64,000 bases of DNA from Fimbriimonadales bacterium (GCA_041744215.1 JBGTLG010000041.1:160001-224000), one strand, 5' to 3'. Positions 28,725 through 40,046 are shown, counted from the first letter of the stretch. The notes: a model not told the origin generated them from the sequence alone. Translations and numbers: made by a program.

Positions 28725-29786
28725 ATGAACGCGAAGCTGCTGCAAAAGCTAACTGAAGCCCACGGCGTGCCCGGACAAGAAGATGCTATTCGCGAGATAG
28801 TCCGCGAAGAGCTTGATAAGATCTGCGAAATCTCCATTGACACGATGGGCAACATGGTTTGCGTCAAGTCTGCCACAGAGAAGCCAAAGAAGGGCGACCC
28901 CAAGAAGCTCATGCTCGCCGCGCATATGGATGAGATCGGATTCATGGTCAAGTTCATCGACGACAAAGGTTTTCTGAGGCTCCAGCCGCTGGGAGGTTGG
29001 GACCCAAGACAGATGGCATCACAGCGCGTAATTGTCCATACCAAGAAAGGCGCGATTAACGGCTTATTGGGGCTCCAAACGAAGCCAAAGCACATGCTTA
29101 CGCCTGAAGAGGCAAACAAGCCGGTAACAACGGACAGCTACTTCGTAGATATCGGCATGGATGGCGGTGCAGCGAAGAAGAATGTCCGACTCGGCGATAT
29201 GGTGACGATGAATCGGAAATTTCAACAGATGGGCAAGCTTTGCACTTGCAAGTCCATGGACGATCGCGCTGCGGTCTACACGATGATCGAAGCAGTCAAA
29301 TCTGTAAAGAAGCATTCAGTCGATGTCTATGCGGTGGCGACCGTTCAGGAAGAGATCGGACTCAGAGGCGCCACAGCGTCGGGCTGGGCGATTAAGCCTG
29401 ACATCGCCGTCGCGATTGACATAACACTTGCAAACGACATTCCCGGCATACCTGAAACCGATCACGTCACAAAACTGGGTGAAGGCACCGCGATAAAGAT
29501 CATGGATTCCTCGCTCATCTGTCACCCGCGCATGGTGGACCACTTCCGAGAGCTTGCGGAGAAACACAAGATCAAACATCAGATGGAGGTTCTCCCGTTT
29601 GGAGGAACGGACGCTGGTGGGGTACAGCGATTGCACGGCGGCATTCCCTCATTCACACTTTCAATCCCGACACGCTACGTTCACACGGTCAATGAAACCG
29701 TCCATTCGGACGACGTAGACGCCAGCGTAAAAATTCTTTCTGCGTACATCGAGGATGCACACAATGGAGACTACTCGTATCGCTAA
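28725..29786 (+). CDS. M42 family metallo-aminopeptidase
   Basis: AAHMDEIG, MDDR, QEEIGLRGA, GGTDAG, RYVHT. Confidence 0.93.
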   Translation: MNAKLLQKLTEAHGVPGQEDAIREIVREELDKICEISIDTMGNMVCVKSATEKPKKGDPKKLMLAAHMDEIGFMVKFIDDKGFLRLQPLGGWDPRQMASQRVIVHTKKGAINGLLGLQTKPKHMLTPEEANKPVTTDSYFVDIGMDGGAAKKNVRLGDMVTMNRKFQQMGKLCTCKSMDDRAAVYTMIEAVKSVKKHSVDVYAVATVQEEIGLRGATASGWAIKPDIAVAIDITLANDIPGIPETDHVTKLGEGTAIKIMDSSLICHPRMVDHFRELAEKHKIKHQMEVLPFGGTDAGGVQRLHGGIPSFTLSIPTRYVHTVNETVHSDDVDASVKILSAYIEDAHNGDYSYR

Positions 29787-30498
29787 TCGGCTGACAGAAT
29801 CGGAACGAAAGTTCGCCGACGCCAACGGATACTTCGTACGCCGAAAAGTCTTTGCTGCGCAAGAAGTCGCAGACATGATCGAACATTACATGGCGATCAA
29901 TGCTGCCGGATCGCATCCTGGCGATTTTGCCGGAGTTCCGCGCAAATCGAAGTCTGACGAACCCGATCCGCTCGAGCAGTATCCGCGACTGATCCAGATG
30001 CACCACTACGACAAGAAAACAGAAGAATGGATGAACGACCCCAGGCTTACCTCGCCCGTTGGCGAGTTAATGGGGCAAAGAGCGGTGCTGATTCAAACGA
30101 TGCTGTACTTCAAACCGCCCGGCGCAAGGGGACAGTCATTTCACCAGGACAACCTGTACCTGCGAACGACTCCGATTGCCGCCGCTTGGGTGGCGCTCGA
30201 CCGCGCAGACGAGGAGAATGGGTCGATGCTTATGGCGGATGGAAGCCACAAGCTTGGCCTGCTCGAAAGGGAAGAGGCGGATACTGATTGGAGCTTCACC
30301 AGCGATGCGACAAAAATGCCGGTCGGCGCAAATCTGACGCCGACCGTGCTTGACCCAGGTGATGTTATGTTTTTCGGCGGACTCGTCATTCACGGAAGCT
30401 ATCCGAATCGTACAAAGGATCGCTTTCGCAGATCCTTCATCTGCCACTATGAAGGCGAGAACGCTACGAAACTTTCAGGCGAATCGCAACTTCACTAA
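29764..30498 (+). CDS. Phytanoyl-CoA dioxygenase (PhyH) family protein
   Basis: YFKPPG…FHQD, WVALD…ENG, GDVMFF…HGSYPN…RR. Confidence 0.9.
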   Translation: METTRIANRLTESERKFADANGYFVRRKVFAAQEVADMIEHYMAINAAGSHPGDFAGVPRKSKSDEPDPLEQYPRLIQMHHYDKKTEEWMNDPRLTSPVGELMGQRAVLIQTMLYFKPPGARGQSFHQDNLYLRTTPIAAAWVALDRADEENGSMLMADGSHKLGLLEREEADTDWSFTSDATKMPVGANLTPTVLDPGDVMFFGGLVIHGSYPNRTKDRFRRSFICHYEGENATKLSGESQLH

Positions 30499-32153
30499 TC
30501 GGGAACTCGCTCGCGCCAGCTGCGCCGCTTGAGCGACACTATCGACTCGTCTCCAGGCATCCCAGGAGGAAGGTTTTTCGCTAGTGAAGGCACTTGGTAG
30601 ATGTTGGGAACGTTTGTTCCCATGTCGTAGTAGTTCGCGACAAATGTTCCCGCGATTTGGTTTTGCTTTCGACTCGTTACTGTCCCTTGGGCGTAGTAGG
30701 CTCCCATCATCGACAATTGTGCGTCGCCCGGACCAGTCGCCAAATTGATGTTTCGCAAGGCTATGAACCCGAGTGCAGTTTGCGTTGGGAACAGTTTGCC
30801 GTCTACGGGCAGAATGTTCGAATGAACATCGATGCTTCCGGTCGCGTAGAGAGATCCTCGGCCGTCAAAACGGATGTCCATGTTCTTCTCGCCGAGATCT
30901 AGGTCGCCAGCGATCTTCACGATTCCATTTACGATTAGTTTACCCGGCTGACCATCGCCTGGAGGCGTCCAAGAAATGGAATTCCCGTCCAAATCAGAAT
31001 AGCTGAAAGCGGCTGTTGTGCTCTTGATCGAACTGACCGCTACTGTCAACGAATTGGCCTCCAGGAACGCTTTGTGATTTGCATACAGGACGTTGTTGCC
31101 TGGGTATCGATACGGTTGTGAGCCTATACCTTCGATCAGCGGGAACCTCACACGGTCTCCCAAGTCGTACTTGTCACCCGTTCCATTGTCCGATGTGACG
31201 CCGCCTGCTCCCGGGCTGCCTGTGTATCCGTCGTTGACATAGGAACCCAGGATCGAGCCCTTATCTCCGGTCGCTGGGCTCGTTTGTCCTATAGTCGCTG
31301 CGCCTTGCAGACGGATCAGCCCGTGTTTCACTCGCACTTCGGTGCTGAGCGAGCGAAGACCGTTGTCCATCGGGATGGTCGGAATCCGATTTGTGAGCAA
31401 GCTCGGCATACCGTTGTAGTTGTTTCCGATATGCGCTGTGCCACTGAAAGCAGAGTTGAGTTCGGTGACCGTCAGCGGTGGATCGTACATTCCGTTGCCA
31501 TTGCTGTCGTTGTACGGTTCTTCTTGAGTGTAGACACCATCGCCGTTTACGTCGACGAAGGGTTCGCCCGGATCCCAACGGCCATTCCCATTTAGGTCTG
31601 TGAACGGCTCTGCAGCGTCGCGGACACCGTTCCCATTCAAGTCCTCGAAAGCTTCGCCATCTCCAAGCAGGTGCACTGAGCCACGAATATCTACGTTGCC
31701 GTTTATCGCCTGTCCAGACGCACCAGTGCCAGCGAAGATCGCGTTGTTCCAGATGCCTACATCTCTAGCGTTCACGAGAACACGGACACTTCGACCGACT
31801 CTGCCTTTGCTGGCATCTGCCGTGATCCACGCCGCGGTTCCGCCGTCGACCGGTTGAATATGGACCGTGCCTTCAACTCCCTCAGGGAGTTCCATTGGCA
31901 TATCTGCCACATCGATATACTTTTCGTAGATCGTGCCGCGGTTTTTTTCAGCGTCCTCGATGACAAGTTGATAAGCGAAGTCCGCTCCTGCTTGCGCTAT
32001 CTGAAACGATTGCGCTGCATCGGCTTCGCTCTTGCTGCGCAAGATGCTACCTCCAGCAAGCTGGCTGACAGCCAACATCGAGAGCAGCACGAGCATCATG
32101 ACAAAAAGCAAGAGTGTGGATGCCGCCCCTCGGGTTTGGTGATGTTTTCTCAT
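30495..32153 (-). CDS. PilX-like tip pilin with tandem Ca-binding repeats
   Basis: RG|AASTLLLFVMM, AQAGADFA, four EPFxDxNGNG repeats. Confidence 0.78.
   Translation of the reverse strand: MRKHHQTRGAASTLLLFVMMLVLLSMLAVSQLAGGSILRSKSEADAAQSFQIAQAGADFAYQLVIEDAEKNRGTIYEKYIDVADMPMELPEGVEGTVHIQPVDGGTAAWITADASKGRVGRSVRVLVNARDVGIWNNAIFAGTGASGQAINGNVDIRGSVHLLGDGEAFEDLNGNGVRDAAEPFTDLNGNGRWDPGEPFVDVNGDGVYTQEEPYNDSNGNGMYDPPLTVTELNSAFSGTAHIGNNYNGMPSLLTNRIPTIPMDNGLRSLSTEVRVKHGLIRLQGAATIGQTSPATGDKGSILGSYVNDGYTGSPGAGGVTSDNGTGDKYDLGDRVRFPLIEGIGSQPYRYPGNNVLYANHKAFLEANSLTVAVSSIKSTTAAFSYSDLDGNSISWTPPGDGQPGKLIVNGIVKIAGDLDLGEKNMDIRFDGRGSLYATGSIDVHSNILPVDGKLFPTQTALGFIALRNINLATGPGDAQLSMMGAYYAQGTVTSRKQNQIAGTFVANYYDMGTNVPNIYQVPSLAKNLPPGMPGDESIVSLKRRSWRERVPD
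31481..31656 (-). repeat. Four 15-aa coding repeats E(P/A)(F/Y)xDxNG(N/D)Gxx
   Basis: EAFEDLNGNGVRDAA / EPFTDLNGNGRWDPG / EPFVDVNGDGVYTQE / EPYNDSNGNGMYD. Boundaries approximate. Confidence 0.8.
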
Positions 32154-32725
32154 TGCACATTCCTTAGCAGGGCCTCTGTGGACATGCGGTTTCTCTGAGT
32201 GCCACTAACGGTTTCCCGCTCGGCGATGACAGTGATCCGCAACGATTGCCGATTTGAAAGCTTTTCCAAGCTGAAGACTGGATACGGCTGATTGTAGTGG
32301 GCCGACTCGGGATCAGGATCGAGATCCATAACGCCAGCCATGATTCTCCGCGGAGCGGAGGTACCGACTTTGTACATTAGGTCTCCGTCACTCGACACGT
32401 AGTAGCGTCTGTCGATCCCATCGGTAACGACAGGTGTCGCATATTCGTATTCCCCTGTTACTGGGTCAACGTGGGTATTGCGAAGTGGCAATTCAAAGGC
32501 GACTTCGCGTCCGGAGGAGAGGATATCCACGACGACTGCGGAACGGAGTTCCTCGGAGATCTTTCGGAGGGCGATGGCGCCTTCGTCACTCATCTCGATT
32601 CGCTTATCCGTCTTGTTGAATGAGCGTAGCGAAGTCGATAGCAGCGCGAGTGCGGAGATGATCAGCATTGAAACAAGCACCGTTGCCGTCATCACTTCAA
32701 CGAGAGTCGATCCACGGCGCTTCAT
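32150..32725 (-). CDS. Minor pilin, PilW-like
   Basis: RRG|STLVEVMTATVLVS. Paralog of 13006-13575. Confidence 0.82.
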   Translation of the reverse strand: MKRRGSTLVEVMTATVLVSMLIISALALLSTSLRSFNKTDKRIEMSDEGAIALRKISEELRSAVVVDILSSGREVAFELPLRNTHVDPVTGEYEYATPVVTDGIDRRYYVSSDGDLMYKVGTSAPRRIMAGVMDLDPDPESAHYNQPYPVFSLEKLSNRQSLRITVIAERETVSGTQRNRMSTEALLRNVQ

Positions 32726-33174
32726 TAATCTCTCCCAACGAGAGTTGACAGCATCACTGACCGGTCATTGCCTGCGGGCGACTTCCACTTGACGGTCACG
32801 CGAACCTCGCGTATTGAGTCGCTTGCGTCTTCGATCACTAGTTCCCCAACGCCGTCTCTCAATTGTAGAGAAGGAGAGAATCGACCTGATTCAACATTGG
32901 GCGCGGTCGTGAAAGTCATCGGGCCGCTTCCGTTCCAGTCGTCGACGAGGCCCAAAGGGTAGAGCCTTTCGAATGACAAGTTGAGGAATCCTGCCTGGCG
33001 GACCTGCTCGACTTGCCACTGCGCGATCTGTACCGCCTTAGACTGGTCGTCGGCCACCTTCTGCGATCTGCTTACGACGGGAAGGGCCGCTGTAAAGCTC
33101 AGTGCTCCCATGAGCAGCACCATCACTCCGATCATAGAGTCGATTATCGTGAAGCCTCTGTTTTTGCGTTTCAT
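32725..33174 (-). CDS. Minor pilin, PilV-like
   Basis: NRG|FTIIDSMIGVMVLL. Paralog of 12534-12992. GGAG SD before ATG 33174. Confidence 0.82.
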   Translation of the reverse strand: MKRKNRGFTIIDSMIGVMVLLMGALSFTAALPVVSRSQKVADDQSKAVQIAQWQVEQVRQAGFLNLSFERLYPLGLVDDWNGSGPMTFTTAPNVESGRFSPSLQLRDGVGELVIEDASDSIREVRVTVKWKSPAGNDRSVMLSTLVGRD

Positions 33175-33327
33175 ACGGTACTCCACTTCGGTCAATGCCG
33201 CACCGCCGCCGCGCCTTCCCTGGCAAAGATGACCGAACGTTCGAAAACCTCGCATCCATCTCTAATCTTCGGTTTCGGGTGAGAGGATTTGAAGCACCGC
33301 TCCGCGAGAAGCTAAAATGGAGAGGTC

Positions 33328-33402
33328 GCCGGCGTAGCTCAGTGGTAGAGCGGCTGTTTTGTAAACAGCGGGTCGCGGGTTCAAATCCTGTCGCCGGCTC
33401 CA
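33328..33402 (+). tRNA. tRNA-Thr(UGU)
   Basis: GCCGGCG acceptor stem, AGCTCAGTGGTAGAGC D-arm, GCTGT-TTTGTAA-ACAGC anticodon arm (TGT), GGTTCAAATCC T-arm, encoded CCA. Confidence 0.97.
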
Positions 33403-33428
33403 GGTATTTGGGGGTAAACTCCGCCCAT

Positions 33429-33459
33429 GGAGCAGGGGTAGACCCCGCTCCTAATTTTT
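33429..33459 (+). terminator. Putative intrinsic terminator after the tRNA
   Basis: GGAGC(A)GGGG-TAGA-CCCCGCTCC followed by TAATTTTT. Confidence 0.55.
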
Positions 33460-33473
33460 CGCCCGGAGAGTAG

Positions 33474-34916
<1,443 letters not shown>

Positions 34917-34919
34917 CGA

Positions 34920-35321
34920 ATGGCATCCACGTTCCAGCTATCAGTCGTTTCGCCAGACAAGACCGTCGTCGATGAGTTTACAGACACGGTCGTCGCACCC
35001 GGCGTGACCGGATACCTCGGCGTGCAGGCGAACCACGAGCCGCTGATCACACAGCTGAGCGTCGGGGTTTTGGAGTTTAGAGACGCAGGCGGCACGATGC
35101 AAAAAGTTGCGATCGCTGGCGGGTTCCTTGAGACCGATGGCGAGCACGTGATCGTGCTTGCCGATGCAGCCGAGCGCAGCGGAGAGATCGACCGTGCTCG
35201 TGCGCTTCAAGCAGCTGAACGCGCCAAACAAAGGCTGCTGGAGAAGTCGAGCGATTTGAACTTGGACCGAGCGACTGCCGCGCTCGAAAGAGCGACCAAC
35301 CGATTACGGCTGGTTGGTTGA
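34920..35321 (+). CDS. atpC: F1 ATP synthase epsilon subunit
   Basis: Follows atpD. VVSPD, GYLGVQANHEP, C-terminal helical hairpin. Confidence 0.95.
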   Translation: MASTFQLSVVSPDKTVVDEFTDTVVAPGVTGYLGVQANHEPLITQLSVGVLEFRDAGGTMQKVAIAGGFLETDGEHVIVLADAAERSGEIDRARALQAAERAKQRLLEKSSDLNLDRATAALERATNRLRLVG

Positions 35322-35339
35322 CGTGCTGCTCAGAGCGCT

Positions 35340-35795
35340 CTAGTCAGGCAGCATCTGTGAGTGTGTGAACTTCCAACCTTGCGGCGTCCGCACAAGCGTC
35401 TCTGCAAACTTGCCGGTGAAAGACACCGGAACCCATTTGTTGCCGTCCTTTACCTTGAAGTCCACGCGCATCGTAATCCAGGCGACGACTTCGGTTCCGT
35501 GATCGTGGATCACATTTACGACGCACTTTGACTTCGCGTCCCTCGTGGACTCCAGTACCTGCTTGTGCTCGTTCTTCATTTGTTCCTTATTCATCGTTTT
35601 GCCTTCTGCGTCGACTTGGATGAACGAGTCGTGAACCATTTCGAAGATGCTTTTGGTGTCGCCTTTTGCAACGAGCGCGTCAAACTTCTTGTAGACTGCC
35701 TCGATCTCTTTGCGCAACGCAGGGTCTTCGGCCTGGGTGAGGCAGACGGTAGGCAGCATCACGGCCAGTAGCGCTATCAACTTGGTAAAAGTCAT
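35340..35795 (-). CDS. Exported NTF2-like (DUF4440/SnoaL) protein
   Basis: Signal peptide, …KGD…, C-terminal TLVRTPQGWKFTHSQ. Confidence 0.75.
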   Translation of the reverse strand: MTFTKLIALLAVMLPTVCLTQAEDPALRKEIEAVYKKFDALVAKGDTKSIFEMVHDSFIQVDAEGKTMNKEQMKNEHKQVLESTRDAKSKCVVNVIHDHGTEVVAWITMRVDFKVKDGNKWVPVSFTGKFAETLVRTPQGWKFTHSQMLPD

Positions 35796-35830
35796 CAGGA
35801 ACCTCCTAATCGATCACCCAGCATACCCGC

Positions 35831-36949
35831 CTATTCTTGCGGCACGATTCGCATGATTCGGTCGTCGTTTCCTGCGGGACGCCCACGCCCATCCCTGTTC
35901 GAAGTCGAGAAGTAGATCGCTCCATCTGGCCCTTCAGCAACTTCACGGATTCTCCCGAGTTCCTTGAGGATCTTCTCCTGAGTGACCACGCGCCGCCCGT
36001 CGAGTTCGACACGGATGATGCCGGTGCCTACCAGACACCCGAAAAAGAAATTGTTTTTGAATTTTGGGAGGAGATCGCCTCGATAAAACGCTCCGCTCGC
36101 TGGCGCCTCGGCGGGCGAATACTCGAGCAAGGGCGCTTCCATTCCTTCACGCGTCATGCGGTGGTGAATGATCGGCCAACCGTAGTTCTTCCCTTTCTCA
36201 ACGATGTTCACCTCGTCGCCTCCTCCTCCCTTTCCTTCGAATCCTGAGGGCCCATGTTCAGTCGAGAAGAGAAGATTCGTACCGGGTTGCCAGTCAATCC
36301 CCTGAGGGTTTCGGTGTCCATAAGACCAAATCTCAGGGCGCGCGTTCGATTGATTGACGAACGGGTTGTCAGACGGCGGGGTTCCGTCGTCATTAAGCCG
36401 CAAGATCTTCCCGCCAAGCGAATCTAAACTCTGCGCGATGTTCATATCGAGCGCATCGCCGGTTGTAATGTAGAGCTTGTTGTCCGGTCCGAATCTGATT
36501 CGACATCCCGCGTGGTTTTGCGCCGCAGGAATGCGCGAGATGATCACTTCCGGATCGACGAGCAGAGTCCCGTTGTCGCGATAGCGAACGACGCGAACCG
36601 TTCCGTTTTCTCTCGCGGAGGTGTACGCAAGATAAACAAGCTTGTTCGTCGCATAGTTTGGGTGCAAGCACATGCCCATAAGGCCCGCTTCACTTCGAGC
36701 GCGAACATCGTCCAGCACGATCATCGGCTCGCCCCTAAGTCGCCCATTCTCATAGAGCCGAACTCTTCCTGCGCGCTCAGTAAAGAGCATCCTGTCTTTC
36801 GAGGTGAACACGATCGACCACGGAACTTCGACGTTTTCGACGACGGTTTCGACCTTGAAATCGGCAGTTGATTGCGGCTGTTCCGCTGCCGTGCTTCCGC
36901 ATCCTACGGAGAGCAGAACCGAACAAATCGCAATGTAGGCCTTTAGCAT
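35831..36949 (-). CDS. PQQ-dependent glucose/sorbosone dehydrogenase family lipoprotein
   Basis: Lipobox SVGC, HAGCRIRFGPD, GKILR, SYGHRNPQG, GKNYGWP. Confidence 0.92.
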   Translation of the reverse strand: MLKAYIAICSVLLSVGCGSTAAEQPQSTADFKVETVVENVEVPWSIVFTSKDRMLFTERAGRVRLYENGRLRGEPMIVLDDVRARSEAGLMGMCLHPNYATNKLVYLAYTSARENGTVRVVRYRDNGTLLVDPEVIISRIPAAQNHAGCRIRFGPDNKLYITTGDALDMNIAQSLDSLGGKILRLNDDGTPPSDNPFVNQSNARPEIWSYGHRNPQGIDWQPGTNLLFSTEHGPSGFEGKGGGGDEVNIVEKGKNYGWPIIHHRMTREGMEAPLLEYSPAEAPASGAFYRGDLLPKFKNNFFFGCLVGTGIIRVELDGRRVVTQEKILKELGRIREVAEGPDGAIYFSTSNRDGRGRPAGNDDRIMRIVPQE

Positions 36950-37057
36950 GATTACAAGTTGAAGACGCGGATTGGTATGTTCGAAGTTCCGCCTACTAAC
37001 CCGGAAGAGGCTGATTCCGTAAAGACTTACGACCTGTGCCAGACTAGTGAATTGAAG

Positions 37058-37927
37058 ATGGGTTGGTTCTACGAAGCGATAGAGTGGATCAATGAGCCGA
37101 GATTCAGGTTCGGAGACCTGGAGTTCTCAGTCGCTCGGATCCTAACGGTCATCCTTGCCATTCTTCTGACCTTCGTTGTTGCGAGAGTCGTTCGACGTTT
37201 GCTTCAAGCGAGACTGTTTAAAAAGTCGACGATAGACCAGGGTGTCCAGAATGCCGTGTCGACCCTAACCTACTACATCCTCATTGTTGTAGGGCTATCG
37301 GCGACCATTTCTTACATTGGCCTCGACCTTACAAGTATCGCGCTGTTTTCGGGTGCGCTTGGACTGGGCATTGGTATTGGGCTGCAAGAAGTCGCAAAGA
37401 ACTTTGTCAGCGGAATCGTGCTGTTGTTGGGTAGAACCGTTCGTCCGGGAGACCGGATCGAGGTTGGGGACTTAGAGGCTGACGTGAGCAAAATCGGTGG
37501 CCACTCTACTGTGCTGATAACAAGAGATCAGGCGGCAATTGTAGTTCCTAACTCGTGGCTGCTTTCGAGCAACCTTATCAACTGGTCGTTAACCGGAACC
37601 GTTCGCCGATTGCGTCTCAATATTGGAGTTAGTTACCAGAGCGATCCCGACCAGGTCATAAAAGCGCTCATTGCCGCTGCGCTCCGTGCGGAAGGCGTTC
37701 TTGAAGATCCGGAGCCTTATGTGCTGCTCATGGGTTTTAGGGACTCGAGCATAGAGTTTGGTTTGACGGTCTTCACAAGCTCACATTTGCGAAAACCGAC
37801 AAGGCTCAAAAGCAATGTCTACTCGCAAGTCCTTAACGAATTTCGCGAACAAGGCATTGAAATTCCGTATCCGCAGCGCGATCTGCATATCCGAAGTTCA
37901 GAGGTTCCATTCAGGGATAGCGTTTAA
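37058..37927 (+). CDS. mscS: Small-conductance mechanosensitive channel
   Basis: GALGLGIGIGLQ…NFVSG, VPNS, INWS, GIEIPYPQRDLH. Start assigned to ATG 37058. Confidence 0.92.
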   Translation: MGWFYEAIEWINEPRFRFGDLEFSVARILTVILAILLTFVVARVVRRLLQARLFKKSTIDQGVQNAVSTLTYYILIVVGLSATISYIGLDLTSIALFSGALGLGIGIGLQEVAKNFVSGIVLLLGRTVRPGDRIEVGDLEADVSKIGGHSTVLITRDQAAIVVPNSWLLSSNLINWSLTGTVRRLRLNIGVSYQSDPDQVIKALIAAALRAEGVLEDPEPYVLLMGFRDSSIEFGLTVFTSSHLRKPTRLKSNVYSQVLNEFREQGIEIPYPQRDLHIRSSEVPFRDSV

Positions 37928-38008
37928 GTGTACGTCGTGCCAAGATTTGGTCATTAACTTTGGGGCTCTGCAGCACCGAGATGCGGGTCTTGTGTCCCAC
38001 CTGTCACC

Positions 38009-38443
38009 TCAATCGATGTCCAGCGACTGAAACCGCTTCAATCGCGCATCTAACCTTGGAAGCAGCACTTCGTATGCCTCTTGTACCCGCAAGTGAACCG
38101 CGGCGGCCTTCCTCCGCTCCTCGCTGCCCGCCGGGAAGTTCGTCGGCAGACTCCGCTCGAACAGGCGGTTATATGCGGATTTGAGCTCGCTCAGCGTCGC
38201 GTCGGAAGATAGATCAAGCACCTCGTACGCCGTCGCAACCGTCATCGGCATCGTTGGATCATCGGCTTCCGCTGTGACCTTTGCATCGTCGGGTATCGGT
38301 GGCGGTTCACCCGGAAGCTGCGGCCCACGCAGGTAATCGGTCAGTTCCTTGCGTGCGTCTGCTTCAAAAATTGTTTCCAGCCGATCCCAGTGATGTCCGA
38401 TGTAGGCGCGAAGCATATCGTAAGCGCGTCGTCCAGTACTCAA
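38009..38443 (-). CDS. J-like domain protein lacking HPD
   Basis: AYEVLDLSSDATLSELKSAYNRL…VQEAYEVL. The HPD position reads LPT. Confidence 0.75.
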   Translation of the reverse strand: MSTGRRAYDMLRAYIGHHWDRLETIFEADARKELTDYLRGPQLPGEPPPIPDDAKVTAEADDPTMPMTVATAYEVLDLSSDATLSELKSAYNRLFERSLPTNFPAGSEERRKAAAVHLRVQEAYEVLLPRLDARLKRFQSLDID

Positions 38444-39174
38444 CTTTCAAAACCCTCCAGATTCAATGCCTTTGTAGACTCTTCCATGGTACGGCTAAGC
38501 GTCTCTAATCGCTGCGCCATCTCCATCAATTCTTGTCGATCGTACTCCCTCTCTGCATCGGCAGAGTCGGCAATCGTTTTGATCACGCGCGACTTCAACT
38601 CGGACAGTGTCGACTCTGCGCTAACGATAGACGCCTCGATCCTTTCGTCAAGCAGCTGCAATCGATTGTAGTTCTCTACCTCGCTGCGACGTGCAGCGAT
38701 GGCCTCGTTGAGCGAATCCGCAATCTGCGGGTCGCTCGCAGTCGCACGCTTTGCTTCGAGTGACGATAACTGTGACTTTGCCATCCCAACTCCAAACATC
38801 AGCTTTCTCAGCTTGCCTCTCGCCGCAAGCAGGTCTCCTGCCCGAGAAATCACTTGCATTACTTCCGATTCGATGTCGATCGACAGCACGGAAAGTATAG
38901 GGTTGCCCGTATTTTTCTGCAATAAACCCCGAATCTCCTCTTGGGACTTGAGAAGGGGCCTCAGCCGCTGCCGAAGGTTCGGATGCAGGTCATCGACCTG
39001 ATCCAGCCCAGTTCGCATCGGGTCTCCTGCAGAGCTGTTCCTCGCGAGTGATGCAATGCCAAACAGAGCGAAGGCGCCCAAGCCAGCAACGATCCCAAAG
39101 GCGGGGCCTGCTATGAGGCCAACGAGTCCGCCAACGACGAATCCCAGTGCGAGCGCATAAAGCCCGCCCCTCAC
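38440..39174 (-). CDS. Hypothetical membrane protein with coiled coil
   Basis: N-terminal TM hairpin, then a long heptad-rich helical region. Overlaps both neighbours by 4 nt. Confidence 0.75.
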   Translation of the reverse strand: MRGGLYALALGFVVGGLVGLIAGPAFGIVAGLGAFALFGIASLARNSSAGDPMRTGLDQVDDLHPNLRQRLRPLLKSQEEIRGLLQKNTGNPILSVLSIDIESEVMQVISRAGDLLAARGKLRKLMFGVGMAKSQLSSLEAKRATASDPQIADSLNEAIAARRSEVENYNRLQLLDERIEASIVSAESTLSELKSRVIKTIADSADAEREYDRQELMEMAQRLETLSRTMEESTKALNLEGFES

Positions 39175-40046
39175 AATCGAATCCTCAAACCCAAACCGAT
39201 TCGCCAGCCGTAGTTCTCGTAATAGCGAACGCTAGGAACAAAGAAGACTTTCTCAGCTGCAGCAAGTTGCGCCGCCAGCCGAAGGTTTACGGAAGGGTCG
39301 CGAAACGCGTAAGTAACCTCGCCTTCAATCTGCGGGCCGAAGGGAAACTGATACTGTGCGCGCATATTCAAAATTTCTTCATCGAAGTCGGCGACTGTTT
39401 CGCCGTTTCGAAGCCACAGGTACTCGATGGAGGTGGCGAGACCCCCGAACGAGTGTTCGACATCCGCCCCCAGCACCAGTCCGTGGCCACGACCGATGCC
39501 CGGGCTTTCCTCCGGGGGCCGGATCTGTGTGAAAGCGGTTCCGCCGATTCCGAAATGCTTTCCAATCGCAGCCGACAGCCCGAACGACGCGCCTGCTCGT
39601 CCTACAAGCCCTTGCTGTTTTCCCGACCCATTGTGAATGTAGCCTACAACTACCGGCAGATCGCCCAGAAGCAGCGTCGTGTCGGCCACCGCGCCCAGCC
39701 CGGACTCCCTCAGCAACCGACCGCCGCCGAACGGAACGTAAATTTTCCCAACCTTCCACCAGCCGGGCCGCTCGAGAAATGCTTCCTCGGTGCCGGACTC
39801 GTCGGGGTCGTCATCAATCTGCCCAATCTTCTGGTAGATGCGTGCGACCCAGCCGTTCTCCAGCATCACCCCTAACCTAACTCGCGAGAATTGGCCCTCG
39901 TCGTTGTACATGCGAAACCGGCCGGCCCCCTCGGGCGTGAAGCTGAGTTGAGGATTGAAGTCAGCGGAGATCGTCACGTGCGGCGATTGCGCCCAGAGGG
40001 CGGTGAAGCCGAGCAGTGCCCCCGCAGCGCAGCCGAGTCGAAGCAT
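39171..40046 (-). CDS. Hypothetical outer-membrane beta-barrel-like protein
   Basis: Signal peptide, alternating aromatic/Gly strands, C-terminal GWRIGLGLRIRL. Confidence 0.65.
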   Translation of the reverse strand: MLRLGCAAGALLGFTALWAQSPHVTISADFNPQLSFTPEGAGRFRMYNDEGQFSRVRLGVMLENGWVARIYQKIGQIDDDPDESGTEEAFLERPGWWKVGKIYVPFGGGRLLRESGLGAVADTTLLLGDLPVVVGYIHNGSGKQQGLVGRAGASFGLSAAIGKHFGIGGTAFTQIRPPEESPGIGRGHGLVLGADVEHSFGGLATSIEYLWLRNGETVADFDEEILNMRAQYQFPFGPQIEGEVTYAFRDPSVNLRLAAQLAAAEKVFFVPSVRYYENYGWRIGLGLRIRL

